Below are positions 40,748 through 50,678 of a DNA stretch of 64,000 bases, in pieces (position 1 is the stretch's first letter; each line of letters begins with the position of its first letter). Source of the DNA: Candidatus Altimarinota bacterium (lineage in GTDB: Bacteria; Patescibacteriota; Gracilibacteria; JBDHUY01); NCBI GenBank assembly GCA_039809385.1, contig JBDHUY010000003.1:1-64000 (forward strand), read 5' to 3'. The notes beneath the pieces are model-generated. The model worked only from the letters and a program-made list of their open reading frames with translations. It was not told where the DNA came from and searched no databases. Both the position numbers and the translations under genes were made by a program.

Positions 40748-41491
40748 ATGAAAAATAGTATAGGTGGTACTTTGCGGAATCTTACACTTGCAGCCACGCT
40801 TGCTGCGGTTACTCATCATGTTTCGGCTGCGCCAGCAGCAGCAACAGATGGCTCGATTAGGGAGAGCCGGACTGATGTTGCAAGAGTTCTGAATCAGAAT
40901 CCATCAAACCAGCCTGCAGTTCGAAAAGATTCTCTTGAAAGTTCGAAAAATCAAAAAGAAATATTGCTAAACCCTCAACAGTTATCTTCTGAGCTAGATA
41001 AGAATCCACAGTGGATTCGTAACCTTGATATGAAAAATGTCCTTTCAGATGAAAAGTTTGTTAAAAAGTTCCTGTTAACCTATATCGACTACTCAGGACC
41101 GAATGAGTCTATAATAAAAGATTGGGTAGGGCGTATCATTCATGATATTGCATGGGCCAAATCTGGAGAAAAAAATGGGGTAATGTATCATCTAAATGTT
41201 GAAGGAGACGAGTTTTTCAAATCATTGCTGGCAAGAACGAATAAACATACAGATTCTTTTGTAATAAGCCAGATGTTGAGTTGCATTCATCATGACAATG
41301 CTTTCCGGGAAGCTCTTATCATCAATCTGGTTGAGAAAGGTGGGAGAGACATTGGTCTTGATGAAGCTGTTGCGCATTTCTTGCCTACTCAAAAATATAA
41401 AACTTTGTTGAACAGGTGGAGTAAAGATCCAAAAGTAGGAGATTTCATCAGGGGTATTTGTGAAAGAAAATTAAAGGGCGAACAATTTTAG
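40748..41491 (+). CDS. Secreted hypothetical protein
   Basis: Signal-like N-terminus; hairpin terminator at 41522-41556. Confidence 0.7.
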   Translation: MKNSIGGTLRNLTLAATLAAVTHHVSAAPAAATDGSIRESRTDVARVLNQNPSNQPAVRKDSLESSKNQKEILLNPQQLSSELDKNPQWIRNLDMKNVLSDEKFVKKFLLTYIDYSGPNESIIKDWVGRIIHDIAWAKSGEKNGVMYHLNVEGDEFFKSLLARTNKHTDSFVISQMLSCIHHDNAFREALIINLVEKGGRDIGLDEAVAHFLPTQKYKTLLNRWSKDPKVGDFIRGICERKLKGEQF

Positions 41492-41686
41492 GAGTTCTGA
41501 AAGTATTGGTAATGTTATCAGAAAGAGAGACCCATCTAAATGGCGTCTCTCTTTTTAAAACATATATCTTTTTTGTTCTTGTTTTACATTATCCCCTTGT
41601 CTCTTCCTGCCAAAATGACAAAAGGCTATTGAAGAAAAAAAGAGACTTGTGCTATAATCAAACGAAGATATTACTTTTCTGTGTTT

Positions 41687-42490
41687 ATGACGAGCGAACA
41701 GATTCGCATTGTTATCCCATCCGATCTTCGGTTTTCCAACACTATTCGTAATTTCGTAGGAGACCTTCTCAAAGTTCTCGATGTTCAGGAATTGTGGGTA
41801 AATCGCATGATCCTGGTGATGGATGAACTCTTTATGAATGCCGTCAAATACGGCTCGAGCGGTATTCAGGATAATGTGTATGTAACGGTCGACCTGCTGG
41901 AAAACGAGGTCGTTTTTTATATAGAAGACATGGGAACAGGTATCAAAAAAGTAGACCCCGAAGACTTACACCAGATTATCGGCGTCAATCGCGACGATCC
42001 GTCGTTGGCTAAAACTTCGGGTCGGGGGTTGTCGATGATCGTTTCCAACTGGACCAATGGCTATAATATCGAAAAAAGTGAAAAAGGTGGGATAAAGATA
42101 ACTGTACGCAAGCAGCTGGAGGATATCGTCGAAAAACCCAAGAGCATGGAACAGGTCACGCTCGAATCGATGCCGGACGTAGCGGTAGTCAATTTCTCCG
42201 AGAAATTCGACGTTCACGATTCGGAGCGCGAAAAAACTTTGATCAGAGACGTTGAGGAATCGGACAAGGCCATGTTTATCTTTGATCTGCATCATCTGGA
42301 TTATGTCAATAGCGTTTTTATCGGACTATTAGCCAAATTGTTTAATATCATCTCCAAAAAGCAAGGCCGGGTTGTGATTATCAATATTTCTGATACGATC
42401 AAAGATGCATTGAAGTTAGTAGGGCTCACTGATATAATACCCGTCGTACAAAATCTGGAAGAGGCGCGTCACGCGCTAAGCGGCGTTTAG
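41687..42490 (+). CDS. RsbW/SpoIIAB-like kinase fused to a STAS domain
   Basis: N-box ELFMNAVKYG, DMGTG, SGRGLSMI; C-terminal LDYVNSVFIG..LKLVGL. Confidence 0.88.
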   Translation: MTSEQIRIVIPSDLRFSNTIRNFVGDLLKVLDVQELWVNRMILVMDELFMNAVKYGSSGIQDNVYVTVDLLENEVVFYIEDMGTGIKKVDPEDLHQIIGVNRDDPSLAKTSGRGLSMIVSNWTNGYNIEKSEKGGIKITVRKQLEDIVEKPKSMEQVTLESMPDVAVVNFSEKFDVHDSEREKTLIRDVEESDKAMFIFDLHHLDYVNSVFIGLLAKLFNIISKKQGRVVIINISDTIKDALKLVGLTDIIPVVQNLEEARHALSGV

Positions 42491-42528
42491 CAAACTTACT
42501 AATACTTTTGTTTCTTATCTTTGTTCTT

Positions 42529-42939
42529 ATGGCAACCGTTGTCACCACCGAAGTTTTTGGTATTGAAAATTACCCTTCCGTCAAAGTCGTGGTCTTTCGC
42601 GGCCAGATCGACGAGTCCAATCTGCCCGAAGTCTCCAAAGTACTGGACGCCTTTGTGATCGATCCTGCCACCAAGCAGATCAATCAGGAGACCAAATATA
42701 TCGTTCTGAACTTCAACGAGTTGTCGTTTATCAACAGTAAAGTTATCGGATATCTGGCCTCGCTGTATTCGACTGCTTCCGAGCACGGTAAAAAATTGCT
42801 GATTATTGTCGATCCGAAAGAGAACGAGACGATCACCGATATCCTGTCTCTGGTCGGACTGACTACGATTATCGATCATTATCCGAATCTGGAGGAAGCG
42901 ATCGAAGTCGTCAAAACCGATATCGAACAGGATAAATAA
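42529..42939 (+). CDS. STAS-domain anti-sigma factor antagonist
   Basis: GQIDESN, LSFINSKVIG, ILSLVGL. Confidence 0.88.
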   Translation: MATVVTTEVFGIENYPSVKVVVFRGQIDESNLPEVSKVLDAFVIDPATKQINQETKYIVLNFNELSFINSKVIGYLASLYSTASEHGKKLLIIVDPKENETITDILSLVGLTTIIDHYPNLEEAIEVVKTDIEQDK

Positions 42940-42954
42940 TATATTTTGTCCGAT

Positions 42955-43941
42955 CTACCGGTATTCCTCGAGCAGTTTTTCCAGCTCGTCTGTATTTTTC
43001 AGAGCTTTTTTTTCGATCTGTTCTTCTCCCAGTAAAACGTAGCAGCGATGGAGTTGGTATTGAATATTGTCTTTGAGCCAGGCTTTATAGGCCGGTCGGA
43101 CCGAAATGGTGAGATGCAATTTTTCTTTAACCATTTTTTGCAAAAAATGCCGCGCATCACCCCGTTCGAGCTTGCCGCCCGGCAGGCCGTTTTCGTACAA
43201 TATCAATCGATCTTGCCAGTGAATTTCCGCCAGTGGATAGCGATACTCATAGGCAGCTTTGGATAAACGTTTAGTTGCGACTGCCAGATGGGGCTGTGCG
43301 TTTTTGTAGAAATCGCAGATCTCCTGTAACGGACAGAAATGACACAGGGGGCGAGTGGTAACGCACGTGGAAGAGGCCAAGTCCATCATAGCCTGATTTA
43401 CTTTGGCCGATGAAGTTTTTTTATAACCTTCCTGTATCGCTTTCAGCAGCCGTTTTCCTGCTTCCCCGGTTTCATCCAGCTTCGTGACACCCAAGAAGAC
43501 GCGGCCCGTGATGCGTTTGATATTCGTGTCCAGCGGGATAGTTGGTTGCCCATAGGCAAAAGAAAGAATGGCATTGGCGGTATACTCTCCCACACCGGGC
43601 AAAGCGCGCAGATCGCTATAAGTTTTCGGGAATTCCCCGCCGTATTTTTCCATCAGTATTTTGGCCGCTTTGAGCATATTCCGACCCCGGTTGTAGTACC
43701 CCAGTCCCTGAAAGTAAGGCAGAAATTCCTCCCACGAGGCCCGCGCCAGCGAGGCAATATCCGGAAACCTCTCGATAAAACGGCTATAGTACGCTACCCC
43801 GCGACTCATCTGCGTTTGCTGCAGCAAGACTTCCGACACCCACACCTTATATGGATCTTTCACGTCGCGGAAAGGCAGGGAACGGCGGTTTTTCTGGTAC
43901 CAGTCGAGCAGCTTCTGGAAAAACAACGAGATTTTAGACAT
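42955..43941 (-). CDS. mutY: A/G-specific adenine glycosylase
   Basis: WVSEVLLQQT, GLGYY, LPGVGEYTA HhH, C-x6-C-x2-C-x5-C cluster. Confidence 0.95.
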   Translation of the reverse strand: MSKISLFFQKLLDWYQKNRRSLPFRDVKDPYKVWVSEVLLQQTQMSRGVAYYSRFIERFPDIASLARASWEEFLPYFQGLGYYNRGRNMLKAAKILMEKYGGEFPKTYSDLRALPGVGEYTANAILSFAYGQPTIPLDTNIKRITGRVFLGVTKLDETGEAGKRLLKAIQEGYKKTSSAKVNQAMMDLASSTCVTTRPLCHFCPLQEICDFYKNAQPHLAVATKRLSKAAYEYRYPLAEIHWQDRLILYENGLPGGKLERGDARHFLQKMVKEKLHLTISVRPAYKAWLKDNIQYQLHRCYVLLGEEQIEKKALKNTDELEKLLEEYR

Positions 43942-43973
43942 TTTTAATGTGGAAAGGCGTAGAGTGGGGGACG

Positions 43974-44008
43974 GTATAAAGTATTATGTATTACGTATAA
44001 TGTATCAG
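43974..44008 (+). repeat. Five GTATnnn heptads (left arm of four-helix-bundle gene)
   Basis: GTAT at 43974, 43981, 43988, 43995, 44002. Confidence 0.85.
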
Positions 44009-44383
44009 ACAAAGGGGCAAAAGATATACGCATTTACCGATTTACATGCTTGGCAAGAAGCCCACAAGCTTGCGATTCTGGTGTATCAGGTAACCAAAAC
44101 TTTTCCCAAGGAAGAATTGTTTTGCCTTACCAGTCAGATGAGATGCGCTGCTATATCGATCATATCTAATATCGCAGAAGGCTTTAGTCGAAAGTCTCTC
44201 AGAGAAAAGATTCAATTCTATGCGATTGCTCAAGGTTCCAATACCGAACTTCAAAGCCAATTACTTATCGCATGCGATGTCGGATTGATATCTAAATCTA
44301 CTCTCTCGCAAATCACGACACAATCTCTGATTGTTCACAAACTGATTAACGGTCTTATTAAACATTGCCAAAAGTACACATAA
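44000..44383 (+). CDS. Four helix bundle protein (23S rRNA IVP/Avd-like)
   Basis: FTDLHAWQEAH, FPKEE..LTSQMR.AA.SI.SNIAEG, A.GS..EL.SQL. Confidence 0.93.
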   Translation: MYQTKGQKIYAFTDLHAWQEAHKLAILVYQVTKTFPKEELFCLTSQMRCAAISIISNIAEGFSRKSLREKIQFYAIAQGSNTELQSQLLIACDVGLISKSTLSQITTQSLIVHKLINGLIKHCQKYT

Positions 44384-44388
44384 ATTAT

Positions 44389-44423
44389 CCCATACATTAT
44401 ACATCATACTTTATACCTAATAC
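44389..44423 (+). repeat. Five nnnATAC heptads (right arm, inverted)
   Basis: ATAC at 44392, 44399, 44406, 44413, 44420. Confidence 0.85.
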
Positions 44424-44433
44424 TTCTTTCCCC

Positions 44434-44985
44434 CTAGTACTCGATCCCCTCCCGACTCGGGACGTGTTTTTCGAAATAGTGGCGGCGGGGTACCATTTCG
44501 GTAATGAGGTCAGCTTGTTCGACGAGTTCGGGGGGCGGGTTTCGGCCGGTGCATACGAGTTCGCCGCGGTGATTCCAGATAGTGACGAGGGCCAAAAAAG
44601 CATTCTTATCGACAACACCCAAGTCGATTGAAGAATTTATTTCATCGAGAATGATCAAGTCGTAGTTTTCGGTGAGCAGTTGTCGAAAGATCGCCAGTCC
44701 CCGCTCTCCTTCTTTTCTGTCTTCGTCGTTGACGCCGAAGCGGAATTTGCCGATCTTGTTTTTCTCGTTCGGTCGTTCCAGGACACGGTCGGCGCCGGTC
44801 ACGAAGAAAGGAATCTCGAGTTTTTCGAGCGATGCGCGTTCCCCGCTTTCCGAACCCTTGTCAAAGAACAGAACCGCGACTTTCTTCCCGCGTCCTTTGG
44901 CTCTGACTGCCAGTCCGATGGCAGCGGTGGTTTTTCCTTTGCCAGTGCCGATGTAGAGTTGGAGGTACCCGGGGGGAGGAGTCAT
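44434..44985 (-). CDS. cobO: ATP:corrinoid adenosyltransferase (CobO/BtuR family)
   Basis: YIGTGKGKTTAAIG, ILDEIN, TGRN, ADLITEM, REGIEY. Confidence 0.93.
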   Translation of the reverse strand: MTPPPGYLQLYIGTGKGKTTAAIGLAVRAKGRGKKVAVLFFDKGSESGERASLEKLEIPFFVTGADRVLERPNEKNKIGKFRFGVNDEDRKEGERGLAIFRQLLTENYDLIILDEINSSIDLGVVDKNAFLALVTIWNHRGELVCTGRNPPPELVEQADLITEMVPRRHYFEKHVPSREGIEY

Positions 44986-45239
44986 GGGAAAGTTTGTTAG
45001 GATTGCAAAAAAATGGTCTTCGCGGAAAGATCAGTTGTATAAAGTATAATGTAGAAAGTATTAAGTATAACGCAGTTCGAGATCCAGTACTTACTGCTTT
45101 ATAACTTTATAAACTTTAGGGACTTTTAACTTTTTTCTCTCCTGTTACGTCCTATTCGAAGCGTCTACGAAAGTTGCGAGATAAAGAGCATGGGCCCTTC
45201 TTTGCTAAAGCTACGAAGGGCATCCCGCCCATGGCGGGA

Positions 45240-45314
45240 TGGTGGGTCGGCTGGGGCTCGAACCCAGAACCATCAGCTTAAAAGGCTGTTGCTCTACCAT
45301 TGAGCTACCGACCC
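45240..45314 (-). tRNA. tRNA-Lys(TTT)
   Basis: GGGTCGG acceptor, CAGC-CTTTTAA-GCTG anticodon arm, GTTCGAG, CCA. Confidence 0.97.
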
Positions 45315-45426
45315 GCAAATCTTGAACCGTTTTTTACTCTAATCATTCCTTTTTCCTTGTCAATCGTCAGATGTCTGAAGTTGCTTCTCTTTTTGAGTTT
45401 TGGTCTTTTAGATTTGACCTGGTATC

Positions 45427-45503
45427 TGGTGTTCCCGGCGGGACTTGAACCCACAACCTCAGCCTTCGCAGGGCTGCGCTCTATCCAATTAAGCTACGGG
45501 AAC
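45427..45503 (-). tRNA. tRNA-Arg(GCG)
   Basis: GTTCCCG acceptor, CAGCC-CTGCGAA-GGCTG anticodon arm, GTTCAAG, CCA. Confidence 0.96.
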
Positions 45504-45704
45504 GGAAGATAAATTCTAAATCCGAATGTCGAGATTCGAAACAAATTACAAATCCTAAACTTTGTGAATTTCAAATTTAAACTTTTGCCGTCCTACTCTA
45601 CCAGACAGACAAAAATTTGCAAGTCGTCCGCTTTGTTTGTAGACTGGGAAGGTAAACTTTGACAATTGGCTGTTGACTTTTAACCTTTGATATACGTTTA
45701 TCCT

Positions 45705-47186
45705 ATGGCCCAGGAAAAAAACATTACCAAACGTGACGACGATTTTTCCCAATGGTACCTGGATGTAGTAGAAGCCGCCGATATGGCGGAGCATTCGCCG
45801 GTACGCGGTTGTATGGTCATCAAACCCTACGGCTATGCGATCTGGGAAAATATCCGCGACATTCTGGATAGGATGATTAAGGCAACCGGGCATGTCAATG
45901 CCTACTTTCCGCTCTTTATCCCCAAGTCTTTTTTGAGCAAGGAGGCGAGTCACGTGGAAGGTTTTGCCAAAGAATGTGCCGTGGTGACGCACTACCGTCT
46001 CAAAAACGACCCAGACGGCAAAGGTGTTGTCGTCGATCCCGAAGCAAAGCTCGAAGAAGAGCTGATTGTTCGTCCCACTTCCGAGACGATCATGTACTCG
46101 ATGTATGCCAAATGGATCCAGTCCTGGCGGGATCTGCCCGTCCTGATCAACCAGTGGGCCAACGTCGTACGCTGGGAGATGCGTACCCGGCTGTTTTTGC
46201 GTACCGCCGAGTTTTTGTGGCAAGAGGGGCATACCGCCCATGCCACCCATGACGAAGCCGAAACCGAAACCTTGAAAATGCTGGACGTGTATAAAGATTT
46301 GGCTGAAAATTATCTGGCATTGAGCCTCGTTCCAGGACAGAAATCCGAATCCGAGAAATTTGCCGGAGCGCTTCGAACGTATACGATCGAAGCGATGATG
46401 CAAGACGGCAAAGCCCTGCAGGCCGGAACCTCACATAATCTGGGCCAGAACTTTGCCAAGGCGTTCGAGGTCATGTTTGCCGACAAAGACGGCGAAAGGA
46501 AGCACGTATGGCAGACCAGTTGGGGGCTCAGCACGCGCATCATGGGAGGTCTCATCATGACGCACAGCGACGATAAAGGCTTAGTGCTGCCGCCCAAAAT
46601 CGCTCCCACCCAGGTTGTCATCGTTCCGATTTATAAAACACCGGAAGAACAGGCAAGCGTTTTATCAGTGGCACAGGAGATTGAACAAGGTCTCAAAGCC
46701 AAGCAAATTCTGGCAAAAACCGACAATCGCGATTTCCTTACTCCGGGAGCTAAATTCAACGAATGGGAAAAGAAGGGCGTACCGGTACGGATCGAGATCG
46801 GACCAAAAGATATTGCTTCGGGCAAGGCGGTATTTGTGCGACGCGACACCGGCACCAAACAGGCTATTGAGATTAGCCCCCTGGCGGAGGTAATCGAAAA
46901 ACAACTCCAGCAAATGCAAATCGATCTCTTTGAAAAAGCCAAAGCCTATCGCAAAGCCAAGACGTTTCATATCGATTCGTACGAGGAATTTAAAAAAGTG
47001 ATCGAGGAGACGCCCGGCTTTATTTACAGCTACTGGTGCGGTTCCGAAAAGTGCGAGGCCGAGATTGCCGAGGAGACCAAAGCCTCGACTCGCTGTATCC
47101 CGTTCGATCAAACAGAAGGTTCCGGAAAATGTATCAAGTGTGGCAGAGCAGCGGAAAAAAAGATTATCTTTGCCAAAGCCTATTAA
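45705..47186 (+). CDS. proS: Proline--tRNA ligase (archaeal/eukaryotic-type)
   Basis: [35 protein letters not shown], terminal AKAY. Confidence 0.97.
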   Translation: MAQEKNITKRDDDFSQWYLDVVEAADMAEHSPVRGCMVIKPYGYAIWENIRDILDRMIKATGHVNAYFPLFIPKSFLSKEASHVEGFAKECAVVTHYRLKNDPDGKGVVVDPEAKLEEELIVRPTSETIMYSMYAKWIQSWRDLPVLINQWANVVRWEMRTRLFLRTAEFLWQEGHTAHATHDEAETETLKMLDVYKDLAENYLALSLVPGQKSESEKFAGALRTYTIEAMMQDGKALQAGTSHNLGQNFAKAFEVMFADKDGERKHVWQTSWGLSTRIMGGLIMTHSDDKGLVLPPKIAPTQVVIVPIYKTPEEQASVLSVAQEIEQGLKAKQILAKTDNRDFLTPGAKFNEWEKKGVPVRIEIGPKDIASGKAVFVRRDTGTKQAIEISPLAEVIEKQLQQMQIDLFEKAKAYRKAKTFHIDSYEEFKKVIEETPGFIYSYWCGSEKCEAEIAEETKASTRCIPFDQTEGSGKCIKCGRAAEKKIIFAKAY

Positions 47187-47194
47187 TCGTTTTT

Positions 47195-47473
47195 ATGATG
47201 AAAGATTTCTCGTTGGCAGAGATACAAAAAGAGATTGAACAGATTAAGTACCGCAACCTTCGCGTGGAATCGGATAAAGCCTGGGAAGGGAGCTGGGTGA
47301 GAATCGCCTTTATCATGCTCCTCACCTATGTTGCGGTCGTGATCTTTCTATTTCTAACCGGTAGCCAAAATATCTGGCTGAGCGCACTAGTGCCGCCGGT
47401 TGGCTTTTTCTTGTCAACTCTATCCTTGCCGTTTGTCAAGAAACGCTGGCTCTACAGGCATCGACAACCATAA
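47195..47473 (+). CDS. Small two-TM conserved hypothetical protein
   Basis: RNLRVESDKAWE followed by two TM helices. Confidence 0.75.
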   Translation: MMKDFSLAEIQKEIEQIKYRNLRVESDKAWEGSWVRIAFIMLLTYVAVVIFLFLTGSQNIWLSALVPPVGFFLSTLSLPFVKKRWLYRHRQP

Positions 47474-47479
47474 TACAGC

Positions 47480-48055
47480 ATGTCTGTTATCGTCTGGATC
47501 CTTATTGCTATTCTCATTCTTGATTGGTTGGGATCGCACTCGCATACCACGCGCTGAAAAAAGATATTCCAGCCAGTCAAAAAGAATTTCTGGTGAAAAA
47601 GAAACGAAATATTCTATTGGAAAAAGCATATTCCCTTCTCACAAAAAGCGAGGCGATGTTTTTGTATCTGCCGTTAAGAACCTTATAAAATGAGTATGAA
47701 GGACTCATTGTCTTTTCAAAGGTACGCCTCATTGACGTGATTAAAGTTTCGATGAGACAATATCCAACCGGGAACTCCGATGTGTTTTCGAACGACCAGT
47801 GCCTTAACTCAAAAGCATGTCGATTTCGTGATCTGTGATAAAAACCACTGCGAGCCAGTTTTGGCGATAAAACTCAATGATATAACGCACGAAGCATATG
47901 ATCGATGGGAGCGGGATATCAAAGTATCCGATATGTTTCACCAAGCCCAATTCCCTCTTTTGTTTATTCAATTCAAAGACCAGTATGATACCGAACTTCT
48001 TACCAGAAAATTAGAACAATATCTCAAACGATATCGTAAGCAGATAGTCTTATAA
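47480..48055 (+). pseudogene. Degraded DUF2726-family gene
   Basis: TM start, LLTKSE, in-frame TAA, KVRLIDVI, frameshift, then KHVDFVIC..AIKLND..RD. Confidence 0.75.
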
Positions 48056-48154
48056 CCGTAAGATAAAAACGAGATAAACTTTTTTGTCTTACATTGCTTT
48101 GTCTACCGCCGCGGGAATAGTATATCTTTAATACTTCCGTGATCTATCTTTATT

Positions 48155-49042
48155 ATGAGCAGAGATAGTCTATCGCATCCTGCCAAAGATAATCATGATA
48201 TCTTGCCGGCACACTCATTGCGAGAAGCAGTTCAAGGTGTTCGAACCCTTTTTCTGGCGCTCGGATTGACCGTCGGTATTGGATATGCGGCATCCCAACC
48301 TGTACACGCCCAAAACCTGCAACAGGCTATTCGTAGTGCCGTTCAAGATACAGTACACCCGCAACAGGCGCAGGAGCAGAGTTATTTGAAGCAGAGCGGG
48401 CAAACTCCTGATCACGCTGCTGCCGATAATACGCCCCAACCTGAGGAGGACCAAGTCAAGAAAACGAAAAAAGCTCCTCCCTTCCTCAGCGGAGTGGCCA
48501 TTTCCGAAACCGAACCCGAGAATAACCTGACCGGCGTTTCAACCGCTCTTTTTTTCAATACCCCTAAAGTAAAAACATTTGTCTATGGTTTTGCTAATTC
48601 CGGGGGCGTCAATGCCGGATTTTATGCCGGACCTCAAATTGCGGTTCCCGGTCACGGCAACGCTTTTGTCGGGGTAGGCAGGCGTTTCTTTGCGAACGAG
48701 TCGGTCACTTATGCCGGAGCGGTTTACTTCGGCAGCGAAAAAATTCCTGCCACGGAACAATCGCTCAACCTATACGGACTTGTCGAATATCAAAATCTTC
48801 CTTCGCCTTTACCTCATTGGTTTAAACGCGGCGAAGTTCTTTGGTCCAATCAGACCGGGCGGGCGAGTTTTGTTACCGGAGCCGGAGTGCATTACGCCGA
48901 TTTTCGCGGGTTCGGTCCGACAGTTGTGGTTAAAGCTCCTTTTCTTCCCAATCTTCCGGGAGTAAAGAGTGCGACGGTGCAGTATATTCAATTTTTCGGG
49001 CAAAATGGTACGGGACGGATCGTGGTACAAATCGGATTTTGA
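48155..49042 (+). CDS. Secreted protein with beta-barrel-like C-domain
   Basis: Signal-like segment, Gln-rich linker, amphipathic strands, terminal Phe. Confidence 0.65.
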   Translation: MSRDSLSHPAKDNHDILPAHSLREAVQGVRTLFLALGLTVGIGYAASQPVHAQNLQQAIRSAVQDTVHPQQAQEQSYLKQSGQTPDHAAADNTPQPEEDQVKKTKKAPPFLSGVAISETEPENNLTGVSTALFFNTPKVKTFVYGFANSGGVNAGFYAGPQIAVPGHGNAFVGVGRRFFANESVTYAGAVYFGSEKIPATEQSLNLYGLVEYQNLPSPLPHWFKRGEVLWSNQTGRASFVTGAGVHYADFRGFGPTVVVKAPFLPNLPGVKSATVQYIQFFGQNGTGRIVVQIGF

Positions 49043-49065
49043 TGTCCCTACTCCTCAGTCGTAGC

Positions 49066-50442
49066 TTATTCTCGCGGATCGAAAATCGATGGAGCCAATT
49101 TCCCGCGCTGTATAAACCGGGCGATACGGTTTCCGCCGTAGATGGAAGGCAGTATGCCGACCCCGTTACAACCCAGGTTATAAAGAAGGTTGCGGTTACG
49201 AGGTTCGGGACCGATCAGACGCACTCCCGTATTCGTGTATCCCATCAACCCGTGCCATTGAAAGGCGTATCCGTCACGGGGTGGATATCTGTAACTTGCC
49301 TGTAAAAACTCGTCGATTGCGGTGAGCGCTTTTTCCGGAAAGTCGCGTGTTTTGTCATAATGGTCTTTTTCGGGTAGCTCTTTCTCGGGACCGCCGATAC
49401 AGATTAAGCTGTGATGTTTGTTCTTTTCCAGTTCGTACATCCGACGGGTTAGATAAAAGTAGGGTTCCTTCCCCGAAGCCTCAGGAGCGGTCAAATAACT
49501 GATTGCAGTTGGTGGGTGCTCCAGCGGTTCCAGATACCCCGCCATATAACCGATAACGCCCTGTACGCGTTCGTGAAAGAGTCGGTCAATATCAGTACCA
49601 GCAGTATTAATCAGTTCCAATGTTTCAAACCCGTTCGTACATAATACAACCTTTTTTGCCGTTATCTTTTTACGGTTCTCGCTTTCCAGAGAGACTTGGT
49701 CGGCTGCCAGAATCACCCGGTTGATCGGTGTATGTTCAAAGAGGGTAAATCGTGTCGGGTAGTTTTTTTGCAAACTGGTAACCAGTTCTTCGCAAAATGC
49801 GGCGCTATTGAGACACCCTTTACGCGACGGCAGAGCCGCGATATAGCGCTCGTCCTTACTTTCCAGGAGGTTCAGAATATACGATTTTGGCACGACAGTG
49901 TACACTTTTTCATACTCCTTGGGAAGTTGTCGAATATCGGTATAATCGTCCGCAATCAGCGCCCGGTTTCCGACGAAACCGGCATGAGCGCGCATATATT
50001 TATTCTGCAAATGGAGCAAGAGCTGCTCGAAGTTCATGCATCCGGCATAGCCGGTGAATTGATGGAGCGGTATTTGGATATGTTGCTCGGTATACATCTC
50101 TTCCAGCAGATCCCAGGCTTGATTGATCTCTTCCTGCGCTTTCGTGGCCAGATCCAGACCATAATGCATGGCCAGCTGGGTAAAAGGGCGTTCGAAGTAG
50201 CTTACTACTTGTCCCGCGTTGTGACCGGTAGCGCCGTGTGCTACCTTATAGCCCTCCACCAGGCATACTTTTTGGTCGGTCTGCTTGAGCAAGAAATAGG
50301 CAGTACTGATGCCGGCTATACCGCCGCCCACGATGACGAGATCGGTATCGACATGACTTTTTACCTGTTCGGTTGAGCGGGCAGGGTGCAGATGTTTGAC
50401 TTGATGAAGCCAGGGAGAATGATTTTTGGTGTTTAATGTCAT
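49066..50442 (-). CDS. FAD-dependent oxidoreductase (DAO/PuuB-like)
   Basis: IVGGGIAG, GATGHNAG, LCTNG, W.GLMGYT, GCNGVG. Confidence 0.9.
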   Translation of the reverse strand: MTLNTKNHSPWLHQVKHLHPARSTEQVKSHVDTDLVIVGGGIAGISTAYFLLKQTDQKVCLVEGYKVAHGATGHNAGQVVSYFERPFTQLAMHYGLDLATKAQEEINQAWDLLEEMYTEQHIQIPLHQFTGYAGCMNFEQLLLHLQNKYMRAHAGFVGNRALIADDYTDIRQLPKEYEKVYTVVPKSYILNLLESKDERYIAALPSRKGCLNSAAFCEELVTSLQKNYPTRFTLFEHTPINRVILAADQVSLESENRKKITAKKVVLCTNGFETLELINTAGTDIDRLFHERVQGVIGYMAGYLEPLEHPPTAISYLTAPEASGKEPYFYLTRRMYELEKNKHHSLICIGGPEKELPEKDHYDKTRDFPEKALTAIDEFLQASYRYPPRDGYAFQWHGLMGYTNTGVRLIGPEPRNRNLLYNLGCNGVGILPSIYGGNRIARFIQRGKLAPSIFDPRE

Positions 50443-50678
50443 TTTCGAGAAGCTTATTCGAAATAAACATTCCTTTTAGTATATCATATCATGCCCCGAT
50501 TGCCTGATTTTTACAGAGTGTGCTACAATAGAAATATAGATGTTTTCCCTTTCAAGTGGAGAGTTTGGATCGGGGAAAAGCCTCAACGGTCCTTACGCTT
50601 TTCCAATCCTTTCGCCAATCTTGCCCCTGTTGCTCCTTCGCGCTTCTTCCCGATTCTCCTCTTATTTGCTTTTGTCTT

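Noticed and set aside
43949-44423. Diversity-generating retroelement suggested by the Avd-like gene
   Set aside because: No reverse transcriptase and no TR/VR pair differing at adenines seen in the window
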